A DNA stretch of 64,000 nt from Tetramitus jugosus (taxonomy: Eukaryota; Protista; Heterolobosea). A program made the position numbers and the translations under genes. Shown here piece after piece: positions 11,014 through 21,878 of the stretch. The notes under the pieces were generated by a model. It was not told the origin of the DNA. It saw only the letters and a program-made list of their open reading frames with translations, and did no database searches. The number at the start of each line of letters is the position of its first letter. The stretch's first letter is position 1. The stretch lies in contig OW569382.1 in NCBI GenBank assembly GCA_937625935.1, forward strand, positions 382,060-446,059. Direction: 5' to 3'.

Positions 11014-12940
11014 CGGCCAGATTTTACCCATGAACACTTATTTTTATCAACTCGGGGAGAACACAAATACAACTGAATCAAGATTGAGAAATTCCATCGG
11101 CAAAATAAAGCATGGACTCCATGGAACAACAAGTAATCAATGTTCGTCCTGAAAATCCTCAACCAATTCCCTCTGCACACATGAAGGTGAGTGTCATCAC
11201 ACTAGATGCTGAGAATGTGGTCTGTGATACCTACGTGGAAGGAGCAGATTTTGTAACAACAAAACAACCGACGACCAAGGTCAACTTCACCACAGCAACG
11301 AAAATAGCGAGAGGAACGTTACCAACAACCAATAGAACTGTGTTGGACCATTTTCTTCGCCTTTACAACGACGATCTCATCACGATGACACTCGAATGTA
11401 TGAACTATAGGAGGGATGCAAGATATGAGGAGAGAAAGACCAAAGAAGGATTGCGAGGTCGCCCAGTTACTCAGAGTCAAGAGCTGTATGAGAAGGACAG
11501 AAACAAATATCTCAAACGTTTCAATGACTGCTTTGACCATAATGATTTGTTCCAATTTCTGGCCTGCTTTTTCAGGATTTCAACAATCAACTTCCACACA
11601 CTTGACCAATACTGGAGTGATTGTGATGAAACCAAGTGTGGAACGAAGAAGTGGTTTGATAGGAGAATGAAACAATACAAATTCATGGAGATGTGGAATT
11701 GTTTGGACTTGGATGGCGAAGCTGATAAATGGCTTGATGGCGTTTTGAAATCTATTCAGTGTGACTATACTCCTCATAAATGGCTCTGTGTTGATGAATC
11801 TATTGCTCCTATTCAATGCAACAATAACCCGCATCATGTATTCGTGCAACGGAAACCACATCCGCATGGCATTAAATTTGAAGATGTGGCAGACGCGAAC
11901 ATGTATCTGATCTCTTTCAATATGCATAAAAGAACATCGACAGATTATCTATATCCACCGATTGATCGCAGCAAGAAATTGAAACTGGTGCGCGAGGATG
12001 TATTGACGACCACTATTCCAGATGTTCTAGGCACTCTTCTTTCCCACTTACAAGGCAGTCATATCGTGGTTGGAGATTCCTGGTTCGGTGGATGTGATCC
12101 CACCATTGCAGTGACTGCAATGGGGCACCATGCCTTGTTCAAATGCAAGAGTGATAGACCAGGATTCCTGTTCAGAGACCTGCTCAACACTAAGAAGGTG
12201 AATCAACACAAGACTGTTGGTGTAGAAGGACTGATGGGTTGTGGTCATTATTGTTCTGCCGTTAGTCAAGAGAAGGACAAATTCAAGAACAATAAGATAG
12301 TTGGAAAGTCGTTTAATAATATTCTATCCACCTTTCATCGATGTGATGAATATGTAACTGTGAAAGAGGATGTATACATAGGGGAAGGAGAGCGCGAGGA
12401 ACAGGACGTAACAGTCCCAATGATGGTCTATGACTATCATCAAATGGCATGTGTGATTGATGAGGTCAATGCGTCTATAATGTCATCATACTACAACCAC
12501 ACCTGCACACGATGGACATCGGCGGTATGGATTTGGACAATGGGTGTGCTTGTACATGATGCTCGTATTTTGTACAATCTCGAGCATCCAACTGCTCAAC
12601 TATCCCAAATTCTATTCATGGAGATTCTATCGAACCAAATTTTTAAAGTAGAGAAGGAGAAGGAGATCGAAGATCATGTGCTGGAGGATGTCAAAATGAG
12701 AACGTACTGTAAGGTGTGCTACGCGCAAGAAAACAAGAAAAAAAGTATGTGCAAGACATATTGTCCAGCTTGTGGACATCAAATTTGTAGCAAGTGCTTC
12801 AATGAACCTTCCAGGCACTGGGGATATTTTGTAAAGAAAATTGTAAATGGCGGATAACATCTCGGGAAAACAAATTCTCCATCAAATTTTATTGTCCGTC
12901 AAGTTTGTTAAAAATAAGTGTACAAGGTAAAATCTGGCCG
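11014..12940 (+). mobile_element. Full-length piggyBac-like DNA transposon
   Basis: Imperfect ~35-40 bp TIRs (CGGCCAGATTTTACC...ACACTTATTTTTA at 11014, inverse ending at 12940); AAAT on both flanks (11010-11013 and 12941-12944). Confidence 0.88.
11112..12857 (+). CDS. piggyBac-type (DDE_Tnp_1_7) transposase, intact, 581 aa
   Basis: CVDES, RKPHPHGIK, VGDSWF and VIDEVN catalytic-type motifs; C-terminal Cys-rich domain CKVC...CPAC...CSKCF..H. Confidence 0.88.
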   Translation: MDSMEQQVINVRPENPQPIPSAHMKVSVITLDAENVVCDTYVEGADFVTTKQPTTKVNFTTATKIARGTLPTTNRTVLDHFLRLYNDDLITMTLECMNYRRDARYEERKTKEGLRGRPVTQSQELYEKDRNKYLKRFNDCFDHNDLFQFLACFFRISTINFHTLDQYWSDCDETKCGTKKWFDRRMKQYKFMEMWNCLDLDGEADKWLDGVLKSIQCDYTPHKWLCVDESIAPIQCNNNPHHVFVQRKPHPHGIKFEDVADANMYLISFNMHKRTSTDYLYPPIDRSKKLKLVREDVLTTTIPDVLGTLLSHLQGSHIVVGDSWFGGCDPTIAVTAMGHHALFKCKSDRPGFLFRDLLNTKKVNQHKTVGVEGLMGCGHYCSAVSQEKDKFKNNKIVGKSFNNILSTFHRCDEYVTVKEDVYIGEGEREEQDVTVPMMVYDYHQMACVIDEVNASIMSSYYNHTCTRWTSAVWIWTMGVLVHDARILYNLEHPTAQLSQILFMEILSNQIFKVEKEKEIEDHVLEDVKMRTYCKVCYAQENKKKSMCKTYCPACGHQICSKCFNEPSRHWGYFVKKIVNGG

Positions 12941-13050
12941 AAATGTTCCTGTGAATCCGGTTGACTGTTATTTAAGGTTCCTGATAACATCAAATACTAG
13001 CTCACTTCACATAACCCATCAGAAAGAATACAACAAACCAAAACTACAAA

Positions 13051-14073
13051 ATGAATCATCTCAAGCAACCAATTGTGCTGATATTATTCTCAGTTCTATT
13101 ACTCTTCCTACTTCAACATGATAAGAATGTTGTGACTGCTACAAGTTTGGAAGATGCCGCATTGTTCAATGGCGACAATGAGACCTTTGTTCCACTATCT
13201 GAAACCGGATTTACACTCACCTTTTTGGGATCAAGTGTTGAAGAAGATCCATCACTTGGTGTATTGACCACTTTTACTTATAACCTCCAGATCAATGAAA
13301 CCGAGAAGACCATTAGCGGAAATTTGTCACTGTTTGCTCTTTCTCTCTGCTCCTCCGATAGAGATTTGATTGTGGATCATACCCCTGAGGACACCACACT
13401 GGAGATTGTTGATTGGAATTCCGGTCATGTTCTTCTGATTCTGAAGTTTGATGACTCTGCTTCACTGAACGGAACAAATGGAACCATACCATTCAGAGAA
13501 TTCAACTTTACTGTTACACTCACAGGCAATCTCACGACTGAGGAGGGAGAATTCTTGGTGACGAACGGTAGTGTTATTGCCAACGGAACTACGCTCGTTC
13601 CAGAGTGTGTTGTTGCACCACCGCCAACAACCAATACATCAGTGTTGTGTGCAGAGGGACTCAAGGTGTGTGGTCAAGCCTGCTACAGTACAGATGTCTA
13701 TGTGTGCTTTGATGGAAATTTCTTGTGTCCAGTGAATCATCTCAAGTGTAACTTTGATTGCTATCGACCAACTGTGCACGTTTGTATCAACAATACCGTG
13801 TTGTGTCCTGTGACCGCTCCATTGAGGTGTGGTGCAGCATGTTATAGCAGTGATCTCTATGGATGTGACGAGAACAACAATTTGTTCCCTGTTGTTGTAG
13901 GTAGACCATCACCAACACCTTCTCCAATTGTGTCACCTTCACCTATCCCATCTCCATCTGTTGTGCCAGTGCCATCTGCATCCGGAAGTGGAGTCCCTCC
14001 TTCACAGACAGTCAATACACCTTCCACACAAACCAATCGTCGATTCATGGACGGCATCCGTTTGTTCAACTGA
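13051..14073 (+). CDS. Secreted glycoprotein with Cys-rich carbohydrate-binding-like repeats
   Basis: Signal peptide, many NxT/S sites, three CGxACYSxxxYxC-type repeats (resemble Carb_bind/CBM52), Pro/Ser-rich tail. Confidence 0.7.
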   Translation: MNHLKQPIVLILFSVLLLFLLQHDKNVVTATSLEDAALFNGDNETFVPLSETGFTLTFLGSSVEEDPSLGVLTTFTYNLQINETEKTISGNLSLFALSLCSSDRDLIVDHTPEDTTLEIVDWNSGHVLLILKFDDSASLNGTNGTIPFREFNFTVTLTGNLTTEEGEFLVTNGSVIANGTTLVPECVVAPPPTTNTSVLCAEGLKVCGQACYSTDVYVCFDGNFLCPVNHLKCNFDCYRPTVHVCINNTVLCPVTAPLRCGAACYSSDLYGCDENNNLFPVVVGRPSPTPSPIVSPSPIPSPSVVPVPSASGSGVPPSQTVNTPSTQTNRRFMDGIRLFN

Positions 14074-14270
14074 GAGTGGAATTGAAAGAAGACAAAGACA
14101 CGCGAGGAATGGTGATTGAAACAAACTTACACTTTTTATAGTTGAGATCAAATATTTCAGCATCGCCAAAATCATTGTGTGGAAACAACAACAAATTGTA
14201 CATAGCGAGCGATGAAGAGGGCAACTACCATAAATAAACTACATACATTCACAAAAGCTTTAGCTAGTGT

Positions 14271-14705
14271 CTATCTATCCTTCTTGATTTGCTCAACATC
14301 TCTTGACATTTGATCAAGAATGTTGTTCATTGTCCTTAATTGAGCCACATGATTGTTAATCTGTGTATACTGTGTCTTCCAGAGCTTTTCCTTTGCTCCC
14401 ACCCATTCTGGAGAAAACTTTTCTCTGCTGTCTTGAACATAGGACTGTAGTTGGCGCGGAGACATTTCGGTGAAATTTTGTTCAAAAATGGACCGAATGA
14501 GAAATTCTTCGTGTTGTCGCCGCATGTGATACTCTGTGTGCTTTTTGAGTGTGAATCCAAAGCCCAAGGTGACACCAATGAGTACAGAAAAATGGAAAAG
14601 CCTAAAGTGCCAACCGTACTTTCTTCCAGGCCCACCCTTTCTAAACAACCGATCATATCCCGATGCGTCAAACAGCGGTGCCACTCGTTCTCTCAATGAA
14701 TCCAT
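14271..14705 (-). CDS. Hypothetical single-TM protein
   Basis: 144-aa ATG ORF with one hydrophobic segment and a C-terminal coiled coil. Confidence 0.6.
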   Translation of the reverse strand: MDSLRERVAPLFDASGYDRLFRKGGPGRKYGWHFRLFHFSVLIGVTLGFGFTLKKHTEYHMRRQHEEFLIRSIFEQNFTEMSPRQLQSYVQDSREKFSPEWVGAKEKLWKTQYTQINNHVAQLRTMNNILDQMSRDVEQIKKDR

Positions 14706-14889
14706 GTGAATTGATCAACTTGATATTTTCGAAAGATGTGCGCAGAAAAGATACTTGATTTCTTCGCTCTTCCAGAGCTTTTCCGCACAGAAACTCCTTC
14801 TCAGCATAAAAGCTTTTGGAACAACAACGAATAGCAAATTCAAAAACAGCAACACAAAGCTCTCGATACAACAAACAACAAAAACAATA

Positions 14890-15537
14890 ATGGTACCACC
14901 ACCTGAGAATCGATACTTTTACACACTCATCAAAGCAATCGCAGTAACCATCATTTTCATTGCTTTTGTGTTTCGACCCAACTCCAACAACAGTAGCAGT
15001 AGTACACCATTTGTCGATCGAGCACTCATTCAAGACGATATCGATTTTTATGATCGGATACAAAATGTGACTCTTCCGTTCGAACAGTGGACTCACTTGG
15101 CTCACGTTCGACTTGCATTCATACAATGTGCCAAACAATTGACTGAAATGGATAGTGAATCATCGTCATCTAACGGTGGTGGTGGTAGTAATGCTGGTGT
15201 GTCAGTGATAGAGCTGTACGATCGTGTCTATCATCACACGAAGCAAATGATATTGAACTTCAATGAAAAACACGCGGAGAAATTGGAGACGGGGTATCAT
15301 GAGACAATTACGCACATGTGGTTGCATTTGGTGATGAGTGCGTTTATTGAGCTGTTGAGCAACGAGAGTACAAAGTTTGAAGATTTATTGTCATTGAATC
15401 CAGAGCTAAAATCATTTGATACATCGTTCAAGTACTATAGTAAGAGCTTGTTGTATTCTGAGGTGGCCAAGAGTAATTTTATTAAGCCAGAGCTTCAACC
15501 ATTTCCCATGCAATTCATTTCTGACATGATCAAATAA
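14890..15537 (+). CDS. Membrane-anchored hypothetical protein with WTHxAH...YHETIT motifs
   Basis: N-terminal TM segment, then His-rich motifs that I recall from uncharacterised bacterial and fungal proteins (not verified by search). Confidence 0.65.
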   Translation: MVPPPENRYFYTLIKAIAVTIIFIAFVFRPNSNNSSSSTPFVDRALIQDDIDFYDRIQNVTLPFEQWTHLAHVRLAFIQCAKQLTEMDSESSSSNGGGGSNAGVSVIELYDRVYHHTKQMILNFNEKHAEKLETGYHETITHMWLHLVMSAFIELLSNESTKFEDLLSLNPELKSFDTSFKYYSKSLLYSEVAKSNFIKPELQPFPMQFISDMIK

Positions 15538-15645
15538 AACTAGGAAGAGCGTAAAACTCTAAATCTTTTTTGTTTTTGTTGTATTGAGTGTATTTTGTGC
15601 TTTATTTTTTTTAAGGTGTTGTTTTTCAGTGGTTGTGTGATTGAA

Positions 15646-16032
15646 TTAGGAAGGCATTATGGCTTTCCTGTTATTGGTTGGTTTGTTGCCTCTTCCTCCG
15701 TATTGTACGGATTTCATGTCGTTGCCCGTTGAACTCGATGCGAAAAGCTTTGATTTCTTCCATCGTTCCTTGTTGGTCATATTTTCACTGTATTTGAGCT
15801 CTGGATTGTATTTCCATTTGGGTGTGTGCGGAATGTTCAGTCGTTGCAATAAATAGTAGAACAGTTCTTCACCAGTGCGACTGTTTTTGGTAGTCATAGT
15901 CAGCGATGTCAGCAAAGGAGAGGTGAAACGAAAAAAGATGACATACTACAGGAACCATGACCAAAGAGAAGTTTTGAACAAAAAGCGCGGGATGTCAAAC
16001 GGTGAACCTGATTCACGCAATGCTCTGCTCAT
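15646..16032 (-). CDS. Small hypothetical protein, 2 exons
   Basis: ATG at 16032; intron 15881-15946 (GTATGT...CTGAC...ACAG on the minus strand) joins in frame to the 15646 ORF. Confidence 0.5.
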
Positions 16033-16227
16033 GATGATCTGAGATGATTATGATAAGAAATGCAAGTTCATCTGTTTTTTTTCCGAATCTTATTTTTTCT
16101 CTTCTTTGCCAACCATGAAAGTCATCTGATGTTTACAATCCACTTATCATCAGTTGTTCAACTACGTTTCGAAATTTGCGAGTGCAGGTTGTGATTGTGT
16201 GAAGATAATGTGTTTATTTGACTCTAT

Positions 16228-16935
16228 TCAAGGATGTGTGCTAGCACTACTGTTTGCAAAAGCTCTCGAAGTAATGTACAGTCTGTACAATCTCGGTAGA
16301 ATGAACAATAGTGTGAATATTGGCAGAATAATGTCATCCAAGAAGCCAATAACAGGGATACTATCGGCGATGAGGTCGAACGGCATCAAAAAGTACAGGA
16401 AGAACACGAACAAGACAAGGAATAGGATGATCTTGTTGATCACGGGTGGATGTTCATCCTCTGTTCCCTCGTAGAATCGATGCAACAAGTGCGCGTTCTC
16501 ATTCCAATCTAAGAATGGTCTAGACTGTGCGTTGAGAACTCTGTTCCACATGAGTAACTCGCGATCAATATCAGTGCTACTGGTGTCGCCTGTGAGAATT
16601 ACTCGTCGCGTTGTGTGACTCGACAATCGTTGTGGACGTTCAGAAGTTGTGTCCTCTGATCGTTGATGGCTGTGAACTCTTTCACGAACTCCGTGACTCG
16701 GAATGACAAATGTAACTACCTTTCGATCCAAAGGACACTTCTTTGAGGAGTCAGATGGTAAACTGTTCCAATAATCTGATAGACATTTGCCACAGAAAAA
16801 GTGTCCACAGCTCGTTTCGCATGCGTCTTGAATGCTGTCTTGACAGATTGGACAAATGGTTTGTTCTTCTTGATCTGAAGCCGGATTCTCCTGTCTTTGG
16901 TGTTCTTGCTTCTCTCGTGGTTGGGATGACTCCAT
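16228..16935 (-). CDS. RNF170-like membrane RING-HC E3 ligase
   Basis: CPICQD..CGHFFCGKC..CPLDR RING; C-terminal YFLMPFDLIADSIPVIGFLDD (DUF1232-like). Confidence 0.85.
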   Translation of the reverse strand: MESSQPREKQEHQRQENPASDQEEQTICPICQDSIQDACETSCGHFFCGKCLSDYWNSLPSDSSKKCPLDRKVVTFVIPSHGVRERVHSHQRSEDTTSERPQRLSSHTTRRVILTGDTSSTDIDRELLMWNRVLNAQSRPFLDWNENAHLLHRFYEGTEDEHPPVINKIILFLVLFVFFLYFLMPFDLIADSIPVIGFLDDIILPIFTLLFILPRLYRLYITSRAFANSSASTHP

Positions 16936-17241
16936 GTTGGATGATTTGTTGGTTTGGCGCGTGATGAAACGAAACCTCATTCCCTTGGCTATTCCCAATT
17001 AACCTAACAATCGATCGTATTTTAAGAAACTCATTGAGTTTTTGTAAATGTCGCGGTTGAGTGAGCAATTGTTTGCATATGTCCGCTCTAATGACGCAAG
17101 AAACAGTGTTGCAATGTTTCCTGATACTTGTGAATGGAATCACAGAAGGTCATGCTTATCAGCAGGATAAACTTGATTATCTTGAAGAAAGGGAGAAAAA
17201 AGAAAGGAAGAAAAGAAAAAGCAGAACAGAAGTCTATTGTT

Positions 17242-18144
17242 ATGTTCAAGCGTTGTTCGTTGTTGCAAAGGCATGCGATTTTGCACCAAAAAAATATAAA
17301 CACATCAAAAGCTACTACGATGAAATTTCAGATTGCTAGTGATATTCACTTGGAGTTCCAAGGTGTGGATGCACCCGCCATCATCCCCAAATCCGATGCC
17401 CTGTTTCTTGCCGGTGATATAGGTAAGCCTACCAAGGCTAACTTGGCTCAATTTCTTATTAAGATGGCCTCGATTTTCCCCAATGTTTATTACGTGGCTG
17501 GTAATCACGAGTTTTATGGAGCAGAGTATTGGAGCACCAAACATGCCTTGAAAGAAATTTGCTCCAATATACCTAATCTGCACTTTATGGACCAGGACTC
17601 CATTGTTTGGAAAGGTGCAAATGATGAACGTGTTCGCGTCATTGGTTGTACTCTGTGGTCTCACGTACCTGACGATGAGAAGCAAGATGTGGGGCGCATG
17701 CTCAATGATTATCACTTGATTCGTTACGATGAATCGTTGCGTTACCAAACAAACACTAGTTCTAACCCTCCTGTTTCTGCATTCAACAGAAGACTCATTG
17801 TGGACGACACCAATGCCATGCATCAATCCGATGTAGGATACCTCGAACAAGAGTTGACCAAGTCAAGAAATCAAGGAGAAGACAAGGTAATTGTTCTCAC
17901 TCACCATGCTCCATTGGCCAATGGTGTTTCTGATCCCATGTACGAAGGTGGTAATTCACCAATTGCCTCTGCCTTCCAAACTCCCTTAGATCATCTCATG
18001 GGCCACAATCTAAAGTATTGGATCTATGGTCACACTCATTACAATGGAGACAAGACAGTCAACGGAACAAGAGTCGTGGCAAACCAAGCTGGATATCGCC
18101 ACGAGAAGGTTCGTTGGGATCCGAACACTGTGTTTGAAATCTAA
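17242..18144 (+). CDS. Calcineurin-like metallophosphoesterase
   Basis: SDIHLE, LAGDIG, AGNHE, THHAP and GHTH motifs; the start may instead be 17320. Confidence 0.9.
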   Translation: MFKRCSLLQRHAILHQKNINTSKATTMKFQIASDIHLEFQGVDAPAIIPKSDALFLAGDIGKPTKANLAQFLIKMASIFPNVYYVAGNHEFYGAEYWSTKHALKEICSNIPNLHFMDQDSIVWKGANDERVRVIGCTLWSHVPDDEKQDVGRMLNDYHLIRYDESLRYQTNTSSNPPVSAFNRRLIVDDTNAMHQSDVGYLEQELTKSRNQGEDKVIVLTHHAPLANGVSDPMYEGGNSPIASAFQTPLDHLMGHNLKYWIYGHTHYNGDKTVNGTRVVANQAGYRHEKVRWDPNTVFEI

Positions 18145-18334
18145 ACTACCCCTTGGAGTCGACCAAACATCTAAATTGCCACTATGGGAATTCCTTGTGC
18201 ATTTCGTCATTGAACCTTTGGTCGTAAAATTGAAGTTCCTATTTCTCAAGTTCAAAACACACATCAAACAACGACAGAAAGAAAAAACAAGCCAAGTAAT
18301 AACCAATAAAGTTTGTTGATGAAGAGAGAAAATC

Positions 18335-19840
18335 ATGGGCGGTAAGCACAAGAAGAATAACAAAATGGATCATCATCAAAAATCCTCCTCATCATCAAAA
18401 AACTCAAAAATCAACAAGAGAAACAATAGCAATAGCAATAGCAATAGCAACAATAGTAGTAGTAGTACCAATAGTAACGCATCATCAGATACGACCGACA
18501 ATGACAATTTCTATAATGAAAAGCGACATTTTCAAAAAAAGAAGCGAAAAAACAATTATAAAAAACAAACAGTCAATGATATTGACTTTGAAAAATTGGA
18601 TGGTCAATTGAAGCCACTGGGACTCTACTTGCACAGTATAGAAGGTGATGGAAATTGCATGTTTCGTGCCATTGCGGATCAATTGACACAGTCGGAGAAT
18701 AAGCACATGGACTATAGAGAGAGATGTGTGAGGTACATGAGGATGAATAGAGAGGAATTTGAACCGTTTGTGTTGTTTGGTGGTGGTGGAGGTGGTCAAG
18801 GGTCAAGACATGACAGTGACGACGATGATGACGATGATGATATAGGCGGGGGCGCCATGAGGGATTTTTCATCGTATTGCGATCGAATGGCGCGCGATGG
18901 TGTCTGGGGCGGCAATGTAGAGCTCGTGGCGATTTCTCACTGTGAAATGATCAATATTGTGGTTCATCAGCTCGACGCGCCAAAATTTGAGATTACAAGT
19001 CCATTTTCTCCGAAAAGAACCATCCATTTGAGTTATCACATGGGATCTCATTACAATTCTGTGAGAGCAGTCAATGAACGTGTCATGGAGATGCATAACA
19101 CGCATGGAACTGTTTATTCAGAGATTCAAAAAAAGGTGCAGATTGTGATGAGCAGTGTCATGCCAACTGTGAAATCAAATGAAAGCAGTAGCAACAAGTC
19201 ACGAAAGAAGAGCTCAAAGAATGCTTCGTCTTCATCTGTAGTTGTTGATGAAGCGTATGTGAGACAAGTACTGCAGCAGAATGATATGGACACGGATTCT
19301 GCAATTGATTTCATCATTATGGAGCAACAAATGGTGCGAGAAGATCACAGGGACACACAACCACAGTATGATGATGAGAATGAAGAACTGTCCGCTCAAG
19401 ATCAAGTGTATATTATGCAAGTGAGAGAATATGTGGGTGATGGCATACCTGACCACGTCATTTTAGAGACACTCAAAAATAGTCGTTATCAATTGGACTT
19501 GGTCGTGGAGCAATTGATGAACCAAGTGGAGGTCTACACTTATGAATCATCATCACCACCACCACCTTCTTCTGCTTCTACATCCACTCGTAAAAGCGGA
19601 AGCAGTAGCTCGTGTGTGTCCTCTTCTTCTTCCTCTGCTCCTCCTCCCAAAATGACCAAGAAAGAAAAGAAGGAACTAAAGAGAAAACAAAAGATGAAGG
19701 AGAGAGCTGCTGAAGTGATGAGTGAAGCCAGGGGCCGTTCACACACAACTGATAGTACGACTATCACAACAGATGATTTTGATTTGAGCGAGGAAGAATT
19801 GGTCAAATTAATCTCCCAAACGTCATCTGTCCGGATATAA
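18335..19840 (+). CDS. OTU-domain deubiquitinase (OTUD3-like) with CUE-like regions
   Basis: GDGNCMFRAIADQL, WGGNVEL and HYNSV catalytic motifs. Confidence 0.9.
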   Translation: MGGKHKKNNKMDHHQKSSSSSKNSKINKRNNSNSNSNSNNSSSSTNSNASSDTTDNDNFYNEKRHFQKKKRKNNYKKQTVNDIDFEKLDGQLKPLGLYLHSIEGDGNCMFRAIADQLTQSENKHMDYRERCVRYMRMNREEFEPFVLFGGGGGGQGSRHDSDDDDDDDDIGGGAMRDFSSYCDRMARDGVWGGNVELVAISHCEMINIVVHQLDAPKFEITSPFSPKRTIHLSYHMGSHYNSVRAVNERVMEMHNTHGTVYSEIQKKVQIVMSSVMPTVKSNESSSNKSRKKSSKNASSSSVVVDEAYVRQVLQQNDMDTDSAIDFIIMEQQMVREDHRDTQPQYDDENEELSAQDQVYIMQVREYVGDGIPDHVILETLKNSRYQLDLVVEQLMNQVEVYTYESSSPPPPSSASTSTRKSGSSSSCVSSSSSSAPPPKMTKKEKKELKRKQKMKERAAEVMSEARGRSHTTDSTTITTDDFDLSEEELVKLISQTSSVRI

Positions 19841-19899
19841 AAAGGGATTTCACCATCAAGAGATGATACGTCTCCAACAAAATTTTTGTGTCATTTTAT

Positions 19900-20520
19900 T
19901 TATTGTTGTGGGAAGCGAATAGGATGACTTCCGTCACCCTTCTCCAACAATTGGGCAATGTTTGGTCTTGCTTGAACAGAGTCTTTCAAGGCAACCAATC
20001 CAGGATAGGTCTCAACAGACATATTCTCCAACAATTGAGCATTTTCCAAGATGAAATCAAACAGAGCCAAATCAGCAACAGTCAATGCATCTCCTGCAAA
20101 GAACTTGCCACCATTCTTTTGCAACAAGCTCTCAAACTTGACCAAGTGAGCGTGCAGAACCTTTTCGTAATCAGCGACGCTCTTACCATGGAATGCACAG
20201 TCATAATACTTGACACGAATATCGTTCAAAGCAACGAGCAACATGTCAACCTGGGCATTGGCTCTGTGATCAGTTGACTTTGGCAGCAAATTGCCTTCGG
20301 CAGCCAAGAAACGAGCAATAGCAACAGTCTGTGCCAACTCAAAGTCAGAATCCTTTTCTCTCAACACTGGGAATTGACCAAATGGAAGAGTAGCCTTAAT
20401 CTTGGCAAACTCTGCAAAGTCATAGATTTGAGTCTCATAGGCAATTTGACCTTCTTCACAAATGTACTTGAGGAGTTGAGCTCTGCCTTGGAGTGGGAAA
20501 TAGAGGATAGAATAGACCAT
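19900..20520 (-). CDS. Glutathione S-transferase (sigma/pi-like)
   Basis: LYFPLQGRA, PFGQFPVL, AQTVAIARFLA and LTVADL motifs. Confidence 0.93.
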   Translation of the reverse strand: MVYSILYFPLQGRAQLLKYICEEGQIAYETQIYDFAEFAKIKATLPFGQFPVLREKDSDFELAQTVAIARFLAAEGNLLPKSTDHRANAQVDMLLVALNDIRVKYYDCAFHGKSVADYEKVLHAHLVKFESLLQKNGGKFFAGDALTVADLALFDFILENAQLLENMSVETYPGLVALKDSVQARPNIAQLLEKGDGSHPIRFPQQ

Positions 20521-20849
20521 TCTTGCTTGTTTGTTCTTGTTGTAGTTGGGTTGTGGTTTTGTTTGTTTGTTGGTTTGTGTGTTCTGGATACAAGAGTGCT
20601 GGGTGTCACAATCGGCTTTTTATGCTGAGCGGAGATGAGGGAACAAGAAGACCTTTGGAAGAACAATGGGAGAGTCGATGCAGCGGAAAGGTGTATATGC
20701 GCACAATTCAGAACGCAAGTTGAGGACAAACCAGCAGCTTGGAACGCGGACCTTTCAAGGGATTTTGATAGGAGGGTTGGCCAGTGGCAGGTGTGAAATT
20801 GCGGCAAGTATATACAGTTTTATTCTTATGTGTCACAGTAGAGTAAGGT

Positions 20850-21878
20850 TTAAGCTCTGCTAACAGGAGCACCTTCTTCCATGGATAACTTCTTCAAAGG
20901 TGGAGCATTGTCTCCCATAGTAACACCATATCCTTTGGAGTTTCTACTTGTTACCTTCACATTTCTAAAGCTGACAAATATTCTCTGACCAACGACAGCA
21001 CACGCCATTCCAGCTATAGGTCCCGCGAAGTATATCCAAATGGTGTGCCATTGTTGACCGGATACGATCGTTGGTGCAAAACTTCTCCATGGATTGACCG
21101 AGGCTCCTGAAATATTCCATCCAAGAGTTTCAATAGCGACAAACACCAATCCAACCGCCAGTGGAGACATGGTACCCAGTCCTCGCTCTGCTGTAGTCAA
21201 CACTACAGTCACTAACAGACAAGTCAACATAATTTCCATTCCAAGAGCAGTTCCTCTACTGATGCCCGCTCCAGGTGACGTTGCTCCCAACGAAGAAACA
21301 TTACCAAACAGTGCACGAAGAATACCTGCTGCAGCAATCGATCCAGCAAATTGAGCAATAATGTAGTAAATAGCTCTCCACCACTTGAACAGACCTCTCA
21401 AGAAAAACGCAGTGGTCACCACAGGGTTCAGATGACTACCAGAAATTTGACCAAATGTGTAGATGAGGGCAGCGAGACAGAAACCTGAGGTGACACCCTT
21501 GGTCAACGAACCAATTTCATTGGGATTGGTACTCACAACAGAGACGACTTGAATTCCGCAAATGAAGTAAATGAGGAACAAGGCACCAAAAAACTCACTC
21601 AAGCATCTTCTAATCTCGATTTTTATCCTCCTGATCATGGGGTGCTTTGGAGGATACACTCTCTCGTGAGCATACTTTCCAATCAAAATTCTTCTGGGCC
21701 AATACTTCCATGTAGGTTCTTGTCCGGCTAATGCGGCTTGACTTGACTTGTAGGTGTCAACAGGATTCAAAGGGATGACAGTGTTTCGATTGAGAGGATC
21801 CACTGCTCCTACTGTATTATGATTCAATAGGAGAGCATTATTGTTATGGAGGGTGTTGAAACCGTTCTGGTACTGCAT
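20850..21878 (-). CDS. Major intrinsic protein (aquaporin)
   Basis: SEFFG, ISGSHLNPVVT and GASVNPWRS motifs; six-TM pattern. Confidence 0.92.
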   Translation of the reverse strand: MQYQNGFNTLHNNNALLLNHNTVGAVDPLNRNTVIPLNPVDTYKSSQAALAGQEPTWKYWPRRILIGKYAHERVYPPKHPMIRRIKIEIRRCLSEFFGALFLIYFICGIQVVSVVSTNPNEIGSLTKGVTSGFCLAALIYTFGQISGSHLNPVVTTAFFLRGLFKWWRAIYYIIAQFAGSIAAAGILRALFGNVSSLGATSPGAGISRGTALGMEIMLTCLLVTVVLTTAERGLGTMSPLAVGLVFVAIETLGWNISGASVNPWRSFAPTIVSGQQWHTIWIYFAGPIAGMACAVVGQRIFVSFRNVKVTSRNSKGYGVTMGDNAPPLKKLSMEEGAPVSRA

